From contig NW_018408898.1 in the NCBI RefSeq assembly GCF_002113885.1, positions 62,001 through 125,935 of the forward strand: a DNA stretch of 63,935 nucleotides. Reading direction: 5' to 3'. This document shows positions 1 through 13,740 of this stretch, piece after piece (within the stretch, counting starts at the first letter, position 1; every line of letters begins with the position of its first letter). A model generated the notes under the pieces. The model made no database searches. It had not been told where the DNA came from and saw nothing but the letters and a program-made list of their open reading frames with translations. Made by a program: the position numbers and the translations under genes. The DNA comes from Mizuhopecten yessoensis (lineage: Eukaryota).

Positions 1-2530
1 CCTGATATAGAAGGTGGACCCAACGAAAATGATCGCCCAGTGAAACCCCTGTCAATATGTCTAGTGATCACTGCCTGATAAAGAAGGTTGACCCAACGGT
101 AATGACAGCCCAGTGAAACCCCTATCGATACGTCCGATGATCACTCCCTGCTTTAGAAGGAGGACCCAACGGCAATGATAGCCAAGTGAAACCCCTGTCA
201 ATACGTCCGATGATCACTGCCTGATGTAGAAGGTGGACCCAACGGAAATTATCACCCAGTGAAACCCCTGTCAATATGTCTAGTGATCACTGACTGATAA
301 AGAAGGTTGTCCCAACGGTAATGACAGCCCAGTGAAACCCCTGGCAATACGTCCGATGATTACTCCCTGATTTAGAAGGTGGACCCAACGGTAATGATCG
401 CCCAGTGAAACCCCTGTCAATACGTCTGGTGATCACTTCCCTGGACCCAACGGAAATTATCACCCAGTGAAACCCCTGTCAATATGTCTAGTAATCACTG
501 ACTGATAAAGAAGGTTGACCCAACGGTAATGACCGCCCAGTGAAACCCCTGTCAATACGTCCGATGATCACTGCCTGATGTAGAAGGTGGATGGACCCAA
601 CGGAAATGATAGCCAAGTGAAACCCCTGTCAATATGTCTAGTGAGCACTGACTGATAAAGAAGGTTGACCCAACGGTAATGTCAGCCCAGTGAAACCCCT
701 GTCAATACGTCCGATGATCACTTCCTGATGTAGAAGGTGGACCCAACGAAAATGATCGCCCAGTCAAACCCCTGTCAATACGTCCGATCGTCACCTCCTG
801 ATGTAGAAGGTGGACCCAACGAAAATGATCGCCCAGTGAGACCCCTGTCAATACGTCCGATGGTCACCTCCTGATGTAGAAGGTGGACCCAACGAAAATG
901 ATCGCCCAGTGAGACCCCTGTCAATACGTCCGATGGTCACCTCCTGATGTAGAAGGTGGACCCAACGAAAATGATCGCCCAGTGAGACCCCTGTCAATAC
1001 GTCCGATGGTCACCTCCTGATGTAGAAGGTGGACCCAACGAAAATGATCGCCCAGTCAAACCCCTGTCAATACGTCCGATCGTCACCTCCTGATGTAGAA
1101 GGTGGACCCAACGAAAATGATCGCCCAGTGAAAACCCTGTCAATACGTCCGATGGTCACCTCCTGATGTAGAAGGTGGACCCAACGAAAATGATCGCCCA
1201 GTGAGACCCCTGTCAATACGTCCGATGGTCACCTCCTGATGTAGAAGGTGGACCCAACGAAAATGATCGCCCAGTGAAGCCCCTGTCAATACGTCCGATG
1301 GTCACCTCCTGATGTAGAAGGTGGACCCAACGAAAATGATCGCCCAGTGAGACCCCTGTCAATACGTCCGATGGTCACCTCCTGATGTAGAAGGTGGACC
1401 CAACGAAAATGATCGCCCAGTCAAACCCCTGTCAATACGTCCGATCGTCACCTCCTGATGTAGAAGGTGGACCCAACGAAAATGATCGCCCAGTGAATCC
1501 CCTGTCAATACGTCCGATGGTCACCTCCTGATGTAGAAGGTGGACCCAACGAAAATGATCGCCCAGTCAAACCCCTGTCAATACGTCCGATCGTCACCTC
1601 CTGATGTAGAAGGTGGACCCAACGAAAATGATCGCCCAGTGAAGCCCCTGTCAATACGTCCGATGGTCACCTCCTGATGTAGAAGGTGGACCCAACGAAA
1701 ATGATCGCCCAGTGAGACCCCTGTCAATACGTCCGATGGTCACCTCCTGATGTAGAAGGTGGACCCAACGAAAATGATCGCCCAGTGAATCCCCTGTCAA
1801 TACGTCCGATGGTCACCTCCTGATGTAGAAGGTGGACCCAACGAAAATGATCGCCCAGTGAGACCCCTGTCAATACGTCCGATGGTCACCTCCTGATGTA
1901 GAAGGTGGACCCAACGAAAATGATCGCCCAGTCAAACCCCTGTCAATACGTCCGATCGTCACCTCCTGATGTAGAAGGTGGACCCAACGAAAATGATCGC
2001 CCAGTGAAAACCCTGTCAATACGTCCGATGGTCACCTCCTGATGTAGAAGGTGGACCCAACGAAAATGATCGCCCAGTGAGACCCCTGTCAATACGTCCG
2101 ATGGTCACCTCCTGATGTAGAAGGTGGACCCAACGAAAATGATCGCCCAGTGAAACCCTTGTCAATACGTCCGATGGTCACCTCCTGATGTAGAAGGTGG
2201 ACCCAACGAAAATGATCGCCCAGTCAAACCCCTGTCAATACGTCCGATCGTCACCTCCTGATGTAGAAGGTGGACCCAACGAAAATGATCGCCCAGTGAA
2301 CCCCCTGTCAATACGTCTGGTGATCACTTCCCGATGAAGAGGGTGGACCCAACGGCAATGATAGCCCAGTGAAACCCCTGTCAATACGTTCGATGATCAC
2401 TTCCTGATGTAGAAGGTGGACCCAACGGAAATGATAGCTCAGTGAAACCCCTATCAATACGTCCGATGATACTTTCTAATGTAGAATGAAGAACAAGTGA
2501 AACCCCTGTCAATTCGTCTGGTGATCACTT
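1..2530. repeat. Tandem array, 73-bp unit (cctgatgtagaaggtggacccaacgaaaatgatcgcccagtgaaacccctgtcaatacgtccgatggtcacct), about 34 copies, open at the left window edge
   Basis: Unit recurs every 73 nt (e.g. 1381 then 1454). Homogeneous from about 720 to 2300, diverged at both ends. Confidence 0.97.
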
Positions 2531-5407
2531 TCCGGTGTACAGAGGGGATGATACGGCTATAAACATGTCTGGTCTCATTCTTCCCTTTGAAATGAAGATG
2601 TCTCGGTATGAGATAATATAATATCTGTTAAGCACTTTACTTGGTTCTTAATCTTATTGTTCTGTCATGGCTGTACGGGGAGGTATGGTATCACAGTATC
2701 ATGGTCATTCTGCAGTGTGGTACCACGGTATTGGATTATATTTCAAGTAACATTTAACGTTTCGTTTATAATTTAGGCCTTTAACGATAATTGTCAACAA
2801 AGTATTATAACTCGTTATTACAACATTCCTTACAGATTAGAAGGGAACGATTGCTTATGATATTCAAACCTCATGTATCTCATCTAAAAATCTTGGCTTT
2901 AACGAAGTTCTTCAGTACGTAGCTAAACAATTATGTTAAACACCGATGTAAATGTAAAGAGCATAACATCAGGATAAGTGATGGTGAACACCTCATTTTT
3001 GTCTATAAACGTTTCCTTTTTTGCCGAAAAAAATTGAATTTTTTTGGTTATTATTCCATAAAAGATCAGATGATACATACATTCTAACGGAGGATGACCT
3101 GTTATTTAATGTAGGATTGCCCAAGAACTTTGTCGGCAGGCAGCAGGCAGGCAAGGAAAACAATGATCATAAAACATGGTTGTTTTTGGTTTCCATGGTA
3201 CTTGGGTTCACATAGTACTGTAATAAAATATGGACTTTAATTTTTGAACCTTATATATTTACCGTGACCACAGCGTGACAATGAACCACGACGTGATGGA
3301 ATGTACTTTGTATAGAGGCACTAAACTGTAAACTGTATTAGTATACCTTATCCCTATAAAAGCGCATTTGATTGGTTTAAAAATAATCCTTGTCTCCATA
3401 AAACTAGGTCAATACATTTATAACAATGTTCTCTCATGAATACCCTAATTAACCAGAATTCCTCTAAAGTTTGAATGGTTTAAGTAAAATTGTTTTACCC
3501 CCTCCCCTTCATTCATCAACTGATGTTACCAATTAGGATTTCCAACTCTTTGGCCCCTATGATGAGTCCTAGAAGATCGGAACAGCTAATTGATACGATG
3601 TAATTAATATTTGGCATACTGAATATATCACCTAATACTAAATGGGCAACACCTTTGTGTGTTACATGCAACCTTAAACAGGCAAGGAATGAATAATAGA
3701 GATAGTCGTAGTACAAGGCTTAACGGATCAGAACTGTAATCGATACACGTTCCTTATAACGGTTTTTGTATTTACTATACCTACATATTTTTACATTCAG
3801 GATTTATCACCGGTGTAGAAAGACAGAAGAAGCCTTCATGTTCTGGAATCGGTATTTGTCCTGGAACCATATATTGTAAGCAGAGAGTAATTTCGTTCTG
3901 TCAGTGGAGAGCGTCGGCATTGTTGAGTTGTAAGATTAAACGATATTCTCAACAGATACACAGTGTACTAGACTCGAGAGAAGCATTCAAAGAGTATGGA
4001 GGGTTATGTAATATAGCATTCTTACGTCAGCGCTATAGATAATATTTTATTTCGGTATTATAGACACTATCTCGTCGATGTAAGTGCGCGTATGAACAAT
4101 AAAGTAAACTACATTTATGTAGTAGTCCTTTTTTTTAATTATATTTCCAAAACTTTATGACATAAACATATATATATACATACAATGTACATGGGCGTCT
4201 AGAATCGCCTTTAAATAATGTACATACTGTTCACAATATTCGATCAAGTATCAGTATTCGTCATACATACATGTATATATTAACAAATAAGTATACATTC
4301 ACATTTTTTATATAAAAATAAACTTCCGAATATTTTTTGTCCGTACTCTATTCCAATTATTATAATTGTCTTGGTATAAATCACATGAAGCATTGACTTT
4401 CTTGAGCACATTCCTTCTAGCCATTTTAACTCATCTAACTTCACTGAATACCACGCAAAAGCAAAGTAAAGGGACTTTTTGTCAGACGTCTTATTGATCT
4501 ACAGATATGGAATTGATAATAAATACAAATGGACTTGAGAATCCCTAGATGTTGTTCCAATGGACAGACGTCTGATGCGGTATCATAACATGGGTCGTGG
4601 TATTATTACTTTCCACTACGTGTTCTGTGGTTAGTGTATCTAACGTTTCTTTCATATCAGCAAAGTTTATGTGTAGCACGTGTACACTTTTCTGGTGACC
4701 TAATGTCGCCAAATTCTCACTTGGGAAATATAATAATTATGACGATAAAAGGAAAATGTACTGTTCTCGAATTGCAGGCTCCATCTTCTGGGTTGTTATA
4801 AATCGATTCCATGGAAACACACCCGTATATCGGATTTTTATTCTCAACAATTTTAGAGATAAGTACAAGAGGGATGTTAATGGTACCTATTTAGCCCAGG
4901 CATTAGATAAACCCAGCAGATGTTGTCTATTTAATATTATTATACAACGGCGCTTGTTACCGCGAGACGTATAGTCGGTATAATGTTCAGGTTTAGCCTG
5001 GGCGCCCACTGATTCTGGGCAATGTTTCTCCGTTAAAAGATAGAAACTATGTCGGTCATTTGTTAAGCAACAAATACATTTTGAACTCTGTACAAGCAGA
5101 AGTACCACCAGTAAAATATAAAATAATCAGGTGACAAGTGGAACCATGAAACCAAAAAAAGAAATTTCACAAAAAGTGTGAACCCTCCGTTAAGGTAACA
5201 ATTTTCATCAATTCCATTGGTATGCTTTTGACGTAGTCCATTTAACTACATGAAATGCAACATGTGGTTAGTGATATTTACAGTACAGGAGACTATTGTC
5301 TCAACGACACTAGTGAAACCTATATCAACGGAATTATAGCTTGATGTTTACCAATAACATGGCAAAAATGGTCAAGCCACTAGTGAACTATTTTAAGTAC
5401 CACTTAG

Positions 5408-5648
5408 GGGTGTTCGGGTAGACGGTGGACAGCGCACTTGCCTTTTACCAAGTCGGATGGAGTTCGATTCCCTGATCGGACGTGGAATGGTATGGGGTCA
5501 CCTGCCAACCACGTGGGTTTTCTCCGGGTACGTTGGTTTCCTCCCAATTAAGACCCTCGCGCGCTAAGATCCGGGCCAACAGGACTGATTAATATAATTT
5601 GAAATAAATTGTTTCATAATTGTTGTAAAAAAAAAACAAATAAATGTT
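5408..5648 (+). mobile_element. tRNA-derived V-domain SINE (degenerate copy)
   Basis: B-box-like gagttcgattcc, V-domain motif gtgggttttctccgggtac..ggtttcctccca, A-rich tail. Colinear with the copy at 26288-26510. Confidence 0.8.
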
Positions 5649-6364
5649 AAGTACATGTATATGTAATTGTGACAATTGTATCGGCTGCTGCTTCCTTTCA
5701 CCTGTAGAATACCGAGCCAGGGTTGCCTACCAAAGTAGCTCAAATACACGCTATTCCGTTAAAGTATAGAAATCGTGCTATCTGAATTTCCAACAATATG
5801 TAGGGTCTTTCGGTATCTATCATTATAATGAAACACGTTCATAGTGTTTTATGTAGTCAGCGAGGGTCAAATAAACTCTCCTGTATTTGAAAGTGTGACA
5901 GATGCACGGTCTGAACCGCATTTCCGCTCGTACCCTTTGTTGACGGAGGGAGGGGGAGTGAGTGTTGATAGTATCTCTTCATTTTGCTTTCTATGTCAGT
6001 TTGGTTCCTGTTGTTTTCGAAGTTTCGTTACCGAAGACAACCTGAGCCAACCCAATTGTAACTCGAGAATAAAGTAGGAAAATAGATAAATAAATGCACT
6101 GGGACTCACTGCGAACACTCAAGGTCGAAAGAATTGATAAGTCGGGGGTTGGTTGATGGCGAATGCAAATGAACAAATATAACCATTTGTGTGAAGTCCA
6201 TCTTTTACTGCGATAAGTGTCGTGGGTAAGAGTATCGAAGGCGGTATTATTGATCAGGTAGAGAAAGCTGCAACAGACCATTATCTGTGTGTGCAGTTTT
6301 GAAACTCATTGTAGTGCTAATAAATCTATGGTACACTACTTAAATTACAACCTACACACGTGTG

Positions 6365-6765
6365 AATTAGAAAAGCAACCCGGTTATCAAAGCGCGCATA
6401 CATTTTAACATTTTCCTATATTAAGTAACAGTGATCTTGACCGTTGCGCTTTATTCCTTCAATGATAAACATCACACTGGTGAAGTTTATAAGCAATCAG
6501 GCTGTTACAATAGAGTAAACATCTGGGAAGGAGATACATTGAACCTTTTCCGTGTTCAATAACACTTTGACCTCAAAACATCTTTTAAAAAATAAAAAAT
6601 AAACACATTTGAAGGATGTAAGTAATCTGAATATTTCAACTTGAGTTATCACCGGGAAAGAAAGTTTTGACTAGCAGAAAGAAAGCCAGCCAGACAGCCA
6701 GACAGGCAGACGGACAAAGTGATGTTTTACAGGACAGCGATCTCCCTCTACGTTAGGGCTCTAAT
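6365..6765. mobile_element. Degenerate Helentron-associated (HINE/pearl-like) non-autonomous element
   Basis: ttgacc/gagttatc core-like segments followed by a (caga/cgga)n microsatellite near 6690-6716 and a short GC-rich terminal segment. This layout resembles mollusc HINE-type repeats (pattern recognition only). Confidence 0.45.
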
Positions 6766-8789
6766 CATACAAATTCTCTTATCGTATAAATATTTAATTT
6801 ACTTTGTGCATACAAAGGAGTATCTAATAATAATCCCAGCTATCACAACGAACGTGATCTACATCCCTGTTGCTTCAGCAGACGAGACATTGTCTGTGGG
6901 GTTTTGTGACAATTCACAACTCATCTGCGAGGATTAATAAGATAGACTCGAGTTCGATATCTTCTGTAACGTTAGTCGTCTAGGCTTTGTATCTGTGAAA
7001 CAATAGTGCCACGAGAGGTGCCCTTGGGACGAAGCTGTGTCTGCCAAATCAATTGTTAAAGCTATCATTGAAGGCGGATTTGAGAAGCACCCTAAATAGA
7101 GAACATCGCTGTAATATCTGTTCCATGTTATGGCAAGTCAGTATCATGATGTATACGATTCTCTAGTTTAAAGGATGTTTTTATGAAACAAGATCATGTG
7201 ATAAAATCATTATTAATATATTCACATTAAATAAATACAGAACAGAAACGGCATATTCCTGCAAATATATAAATCAAAGGAAAGAAAATAGGTTCCTATC
7301 ATTTTTGTTTCTCGAGGGATAATTGCTGTTTATATCCCAGTATGCAGCACTGTTTCATGAAAAAAAAGCAATATATCAAATACGAAAATTGTAAACGGCA
7401 AGGTTAGCAATGCACTAGTATCATAATACTCCGGTGTATAAATGATGCTTAATCATGAGTCAAATTAGATTTTGTTTTAACAGACAGTAGTTGATAGACG
7501 TTAAATCGCTTATACGTATATCAGTTTAAAGCATTAAATTTAATGAAACGTATATTTAAATATGATATAATTTTGAAACCAGCCTTTTCCGCTTACGGAG
7601 TTTACATGTCACAACTTACTTAAGCGCCCGTCTTTTATTATCTTCAATACTTCTCCGTTAAATGTGTCCTTTTGACCAATGGATTACGTAAACAGGGTGT
7701 CTGCCGAAGTTGCTTCAAACAACGCGGGGAAAATTTAAAATTAACTAATTGTTAACTATTATTATGAGACATAAAATTAATTTTGAAAAAAGACATACTC
7801 CTGTGTCGTAGATAGTTTGTGCAGTACAATTATTTCTGGGTTTGTCACGAGACATTTATTGCTGGGAACAATCTGTATTTGCAGATATGAACCTATTTTC
7901 TATTGATGTAGAGTCGCCCTGTTTATGGTATGTATTTTCGTATCAGATCTGAGTTCCTGTACCTAATTCATGAAGCGTTTTTAACGTTTAAAAATACTTT
8001 ATACTAAGCATGCCTGTGTTCACACGTTTGAGAAAATCTGGGAATAATATGAATTAGCAACCCTTCCTTATTTGAAATAGAAATAAAGTAATCTTGAGCG
8101 CACAATCTGCGTTTAAGGCAGACGTATCATCCAGTATATTGCCCTCATCAATCATCATCGATGTAATTCTAGAGGTAATGTCTCCTCAGATATACTACAT
8201 GTGTACAAGGAATCAGGGAACAAGGAAGCAGGTTTCTTTTCGAAGATAAAGAATTTTTGTTCCTGTTCTGATCAACGAAATGGAGTCTTCCATCCTTCAC
8301 TCAGCTAACATCACACTTGGTTATCTAGTTGATGTCTACAGCGCACCTGTTGATCGACTGCTACTGTACACATACACAGTTGATATCAAAGGTTGCGTCG
8401 CTGAGACTCTATGTCAAACGGTACACGAACGAACATCAACGAGGATAGATACAGAAGCGCAGTAAGGCAAATTGGTTGGGGGAAATAACCGCGCTCACTT
8501 CCCATTGTCAGATGTTGCGTACACATTACAGTGTCTAACGGTTTTTCGTTTTTTTCCCTCTAAATTATACACCCACTGACTTCCAGTTAAATAGAAGCAA
8601 TGCGATGAATACCAAAACTATCTTCACAGGATCACCAAAGGTTTGATGGTTTGAAAAGGAAATAGTGTCCTCCCTAGTTGATAGTCTATTTCAGCTCATT
8701 GATCTTTGGCATCGTAACAAAAGTAGACACAAACTTGTTACAATAAATTCCTAAGCTGTCATTTACAATGCATCTTTGTTGGAAGACAT

Positions 8790-9130
8790 ACTGTGAAGAT
8801 GAGAACTATATTTTTCAAGTCCGGATCATTAGCTGTATAAGTCAGTTCCTTACAACAGACGCCTACATGGCATTGGACTGTCATTTGTGTCATCTACAGT
8901 AGACTATGTGAATGCGCTACTGTGTGGAACCATTGCTAATATGTTGAAGCGACCCCAAAGAGTGCGAACTACAGCATCTTGTCTCGACGAAAGAGAAACT
9001 CTACAGATGCACTGCCCCAGCACTTGCTTCTTGTATCATTTTTCAGAGGCCTTTGTCGAAGTTCTCAAGTGTATTTTAAGGTATCGGTGCTAGTGCACGT
9101 TCCTACCAGACCACTCAATGGCAGGCGCCT
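8790..9130 (+). pseudogene. Degraded L2-clade LINE ORF2 C-terminal fragment
   Basis: ISQFLTTDA...SSTVDYVNALLCGTIANMLKRPQRVRTTASCL aligns by eye with IRQFITADA...TSRLNYGNALFCGISDQLTSRLQRVQNTAARL of the L2 copy at 39150-39707. Confidence 0.7.
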
Positions 9131-9261
9131 CACTGAAACTGACTGTTCTGTTGAGTGTGCTTGTTTTCTTTCTTCATTCATCGTGCACTTGTCTTGACGC
9201 AATGATTTATTATTTTCGTACATTCCTTTTGATATGAAATAAAATAGTTCAGGCCAACAGT

Positions 9262-9349
9262 AAAGCCATTCACCCCTTAGTCACATTTCAACCTTGCCAA
9301 CTCAAAGACTGGGCAAGTCCAGTTTAAACTGTAGGGGTGAGTGGGCTAA
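9262..9349. mobile_element. Short MITE-like element (about 90 bp)
   Basis: Terminal inverted repeat ccattcacccct / aggggtgagtgg with TTAA-like flanks. Confidence 0.5.
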
Positions 9350-10909
9350 GGAATATGAATACATACATATGTGTTGAAATTATAGAATACCTGCAGAGTT
9401 TAGATATGGCGTGATTAAGACATAGTTCACAAGAACGGTTCAGAGAGTACGAAACCATCATTCATACCGTGTACACAGTAGGGGGCGATGGCGTGAGTTA
9501 CCAGGCTGACAAACATAATGTATTGATGCCGGTTATATTTCTACAGCATATGAGGGATACACACAGTGATATTGTGCTGATCTAATTAACAATAATGTAC
9601 ATTTAAACATCGATTTATCGTCCCCCATGCATGTGATAGTGGCAGTATAACGAGGTTTTCCTGTATTGTTGTTTCTATTTCAACTTTCTCTGAGGCAAAT
9701 ATTTCAACTATGGATACTCTATCAAAGCTGTCTTCGAGGTTATTATAATGAATGCTAGTAGGGCAAAATCTTAAGGGGAGAATATAATATTTCGATACTA
9801 TTTGTTGGATAAATAATAATTTGAAATTAACAGTTTTGACATTGATTCTATTTATTTTTATTTTCATTTCTCTCAATTAATGATGTATACAAGTTGTAGT
9901 GAATCATTGTTCACTGTATATGAAGGTTATACATAATTATCTTTTAATCAACATATTGAATGTTATGCAGTCTTGTCTATTATTTATATATCAACCATCT
10001 TTCTGTGACGTCACTACTAAGGCAACCACCTGCCTATCGTGACCAACTATATATGTATTACGACCACATTGCTAAAACTTACTATCTCTGTGTAATAAGT
10101 CACAGTTCTTCCCTGATCAGTTGATATATACAGTCGTGTTGTCAAGTGTCGGTCATAACCTTGATGGTGTACATTTCATTCCTGTATACTATTTTGTAAT
10201 GATAACAGAGAAAACATTTATTAATTGTTGGTACAAAAAAACATTGAAAAAATGTTTTATATGTACACCATTTGAGGCTATCCGTTATAACACTGACAGT
10301 AGAGTGAATTATCCGAGTTTGTATGTACTTGTACAAAGGTATTCATCTTATCTATCCGACAGAAGGAAATTTAAAGAAGACATACACAAGGCCGTTAAGG
10401 TACTCGTATAATTATGACACCTCTGTTCCAGTCAGGCTATCTATTAACGTGAACATCTTGTATGACAGGCATTACTTTCTCAAGACATAAATTCCTGTCG
10501 AAATGTCACATTATCTTTCTAATAAAAGAGTAATATTGTAATATCGGTTCTTTCGGAGACTACTGACATTTCAGCTGACAGCAATAATTCAACGAAAATT
10601 AATTTTTTTACAGGAATACCAGAGGGATGAAGATATTAAATAGAACCTAACAATCTACACCAGCTTTCGGACAAAATATTTCTCCGGTTCAATGCTACAA
10701 ATAAACATTATAAATACCTATAAAATCATTTGGGCAGTAAGGAATTTTTCAAAAATCTGTTAAAACATAAAACGTTATCAAAGAAAATGTTTAAACTTTA
10801 AACAGACCTTCCATACCTACACAATGTAATCATATAAAAATTGAACTTAAAATAAAAAGGAAGCCACAACACTTAGGAAAAACTACTTAAAGAAAACGGT
10901 TTGAGAAAT

Positions 10910-11075
10910 ACTGTAGAAAACAAAATGGAGACAATATTATGAAATGCCTTACAAACTTCTGATAGTTTCTGTACAGACTGCAAAGCAGAAATCCTCCAAC
11001 AAATTCATATAAAACTTGATATTGTAGATAAAACAGGAAATAACATTTGCAACCTCTGTAAAGAGCACAGATGTT
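10910..11075 (+). pseudogene. Degraded L1/Tx1-like LINE C-terminal (zf-RVT-like) fragment
   Basis: With two frameshifts reads KWRQYYEMPYK / FLYRLQSRNPPTNSY / KLDIVDKTGNNICNLCKEH, resembling the W..Y..P...F.YR...R..PTN......CxxC pattern of Tx1/L1 ORF2. Confidence 0.5.
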
Positions 11076-13544
11076 GAACATCCAGGAAACAACACTGAAC
11101 ATAATTCATGTTATGGAAACAGTAATGTTGCTATCGAAAAAGGAAAGTTCACGATTAAAAACCAAACCTTCACGCCAATCGCACCGCTAACTAGAAAGGC
11201 GTCTTCGTAGGTCATGCATGTAAGTGAAGATCGATAAAGGCAGCTGATGTAGAAGAGTCCGTGGTATCCTTGATTTGTTCCCATAGAAATGTCTACAGTC
11301 TTTAGCTATCGAACTCAACGAAGACATTGGCAACCAGAAATTCAATCATTCCCAATGTTTTTACCTTAATATGTTTCATCTTGGAATTTGTCATGTTTTT
11401 TTCTCTTTTTTTTTTCTCTCACAAAATATGCTCCAAATCCCACTCATGGTGGAGAGCTGATGGTGGAGAGCTGCGTAATTACTGCCAGGGATAAAAGACA
11501 TACGAGGAAAAAAGGGAGTCGTCTTAAACTTACATCACTTATCTATAGAAAGAACAAAGAAGACGTGTAGAAACACCCAATATACTGTATATACTGGTAT
11601 AAACGGCAATAAGTATCACAAAGAGTTTGTTAGAGTATGACAAAAGGTCTCAAGGCTATTCAGTCAGCGTTTAGAAATCAGGACGCATATCAAACGAAAG
11701 AAAATACACGTTCACCTAATAGATTGTCAGCCGTTGTAATTCCCTTTACCTGTGAATGTAAGCACTAGGCATTGTGATATTTGAAAACTGCTTAGAGATA
11801 GGGATTTTGCAAACAACATCGGAATGGCGTCACATAGAAAACACTTTATATGATTTTAATGACAAACTACAATTTGAACATAGAAGTAAATATATCAGAG
11901 TAAAGAATAAACTAAGTTAAGCTAAGCTGAAACACATTCGAAGTGGTCACGGCTACATCGATCATACATGTGATACCCGTAACTGCAGTGACTAGTGTCC
12001 ACTTAAACGACTTTGAGGCATGCTCTTTCAAGCATGACTGGTATGTACGCCAGAAGACTCCATCTCGCCAAAATTTTCTGATGTGGCTCGGCAGAGTCTT
12101 CTTAAAATTACATTTTAGCATGAATGTATCAAGAAACGTAAACCCATTAAAGATTCTGTACATAACGTAACATGTCTCCTATATAGTTTAATGTCAGTTC
12201 AGTGCTATCCTAAACTTATCCATTATTTATATGCTACACGTACATTTTCTTCGTGGAACATCTTCACTAAAGCGATAAGGTAAAAGGTGTACAATGATAT
12301 CTAGACTTGAAAGTGTCCATAATATATGACCCTGATAAAGACTCGAGACATCGGAACTCTGCCAACGAAATCCGTATACACGTCTTACAATGATAAATAA
12401 GTTATCGGCTTATTGTCGCCTTTCATGTAATAAAATGTAGCGTTTTTGGCTACAACGATACGTTATTGTTATAAAGTAACGTGTCGTTTTCAAGTTTTAT
12501 ACAGCGAGGCTGTAGTGACTGGGTTATATTTACTTTGTCCGTAACGAACGTCAGCTTACTTCTTTTTATCAATCAATTTTTGCATAAGACATTATTTTTA
12601 CTGTTTCTTGATTTTTTCCAAATACTAAAAACATATTAATGTTTCGTTTATATAGTTGATCTGTGCGGTACGAAGAACGAACTCACGTGATTCGCCAAGG
12701 AAACCAGCCGTGTACTGATTGCGATACTGGAATAACACCCATCAACAAAAAGCCAAGAGCATGCGCAAACACTAGGTAAACGGTCAGTGCTTTATGAGGG
12801 GCATTAGTCAAACGTTTTTAAAATGTGTATAGAGTAATAAACAAAATCCAAACTTATGTTATATAATGGAGTTGTTTCTTGTACGGGAAAAATGTTTTTC
12901 TTGATAGTACAGTTGTTCCTAGTGAATTTCATAGAGTTTCGATGGCGTGTATGCAATGTAATATTTGCAACGTGTCTACTGCACCTATATGTACTGTTGA
13001 GAAGAAACATATACTTTTGTTGACATATGTCATCAGGTGATACACTGCTGTCAACCCTGGTCAAACCCAGGACGTGTTGGGCAGTAGGACAACACACTAT
13101 CAGCTGTGTAGTGCCCCTTAACATATACTGCTATTATAGGACTAGGGAATTACCCAGCCAGGAAAGCCAAAAGTCACCAGTTTCTGGTTGAGTTTGCGAT
13201 AATAGAGTTCTGAAACTGATATAACATATACAATTATTTTATTTTATTTCCAATGTCCTTGATCTTTGCATAGTAACGTTGACCTTTTCATGTATAACAT
13301 GCTTTTCATTTTGGGAAAAAGCCAATACGCGCACGTGTCGGCTGTATATAATCGTATCCGAAGTTCATATTTTCCTACGTGCAAAAATATGAATCAACAT
13401 CAGCTTTTGACAGCGTTACACTCATTTAACTCCATAATTCTCATAAAACACCAGAGAAACTGATAGGTACAAGGAATTTAAAAACAATTTCAAAATGGCG
13501 ATGCCATGATTTTATAGCACATTGGCGAGTTAATAACAGTTGGA

Positions 13545-13740
13545 AGTTTATTCCCCGTTCAACAAAGTTGCAATAGGCAGGAGATATTCCAAAAGGTTCT
13601 GTCTGTGAATACGTCCGTCCATCCGCGCATTGTTATTATCGGAGCGCATTTCAATAACCGTTACAGATTGTAACTTGATACTCCTCACATGAACCAATCA
13701 CATTGCAGAGAAGAGCCTTCCGCTAGTTTAAAGGTTAAAA
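13545..13740. mobile_element. Degenerate HINE/Helentron-like fragment
   Basis: tttattccccg start, then a gtccgtccatcc microsatellite and a core-like segment. Confidence 0.35.

Noticed and set aside
1-2530. Hammerhead-like words (ctgatg, gaaac..gtc) in the 73-bp satellite
   Set aside because: The core reads CUGAUGU rather than CUGANGA, and I could not form convincing stems I or II.
3790-3935. Possible internal exon after ttttacattcAG
   Set aside because: No recognisable protein similarity or partner exons.
8100-8350. NYIDD RT-like motif on the minus strand
   Set aside because: No other RT motifs recognisable and stops nearby; cannot be supported by eye.
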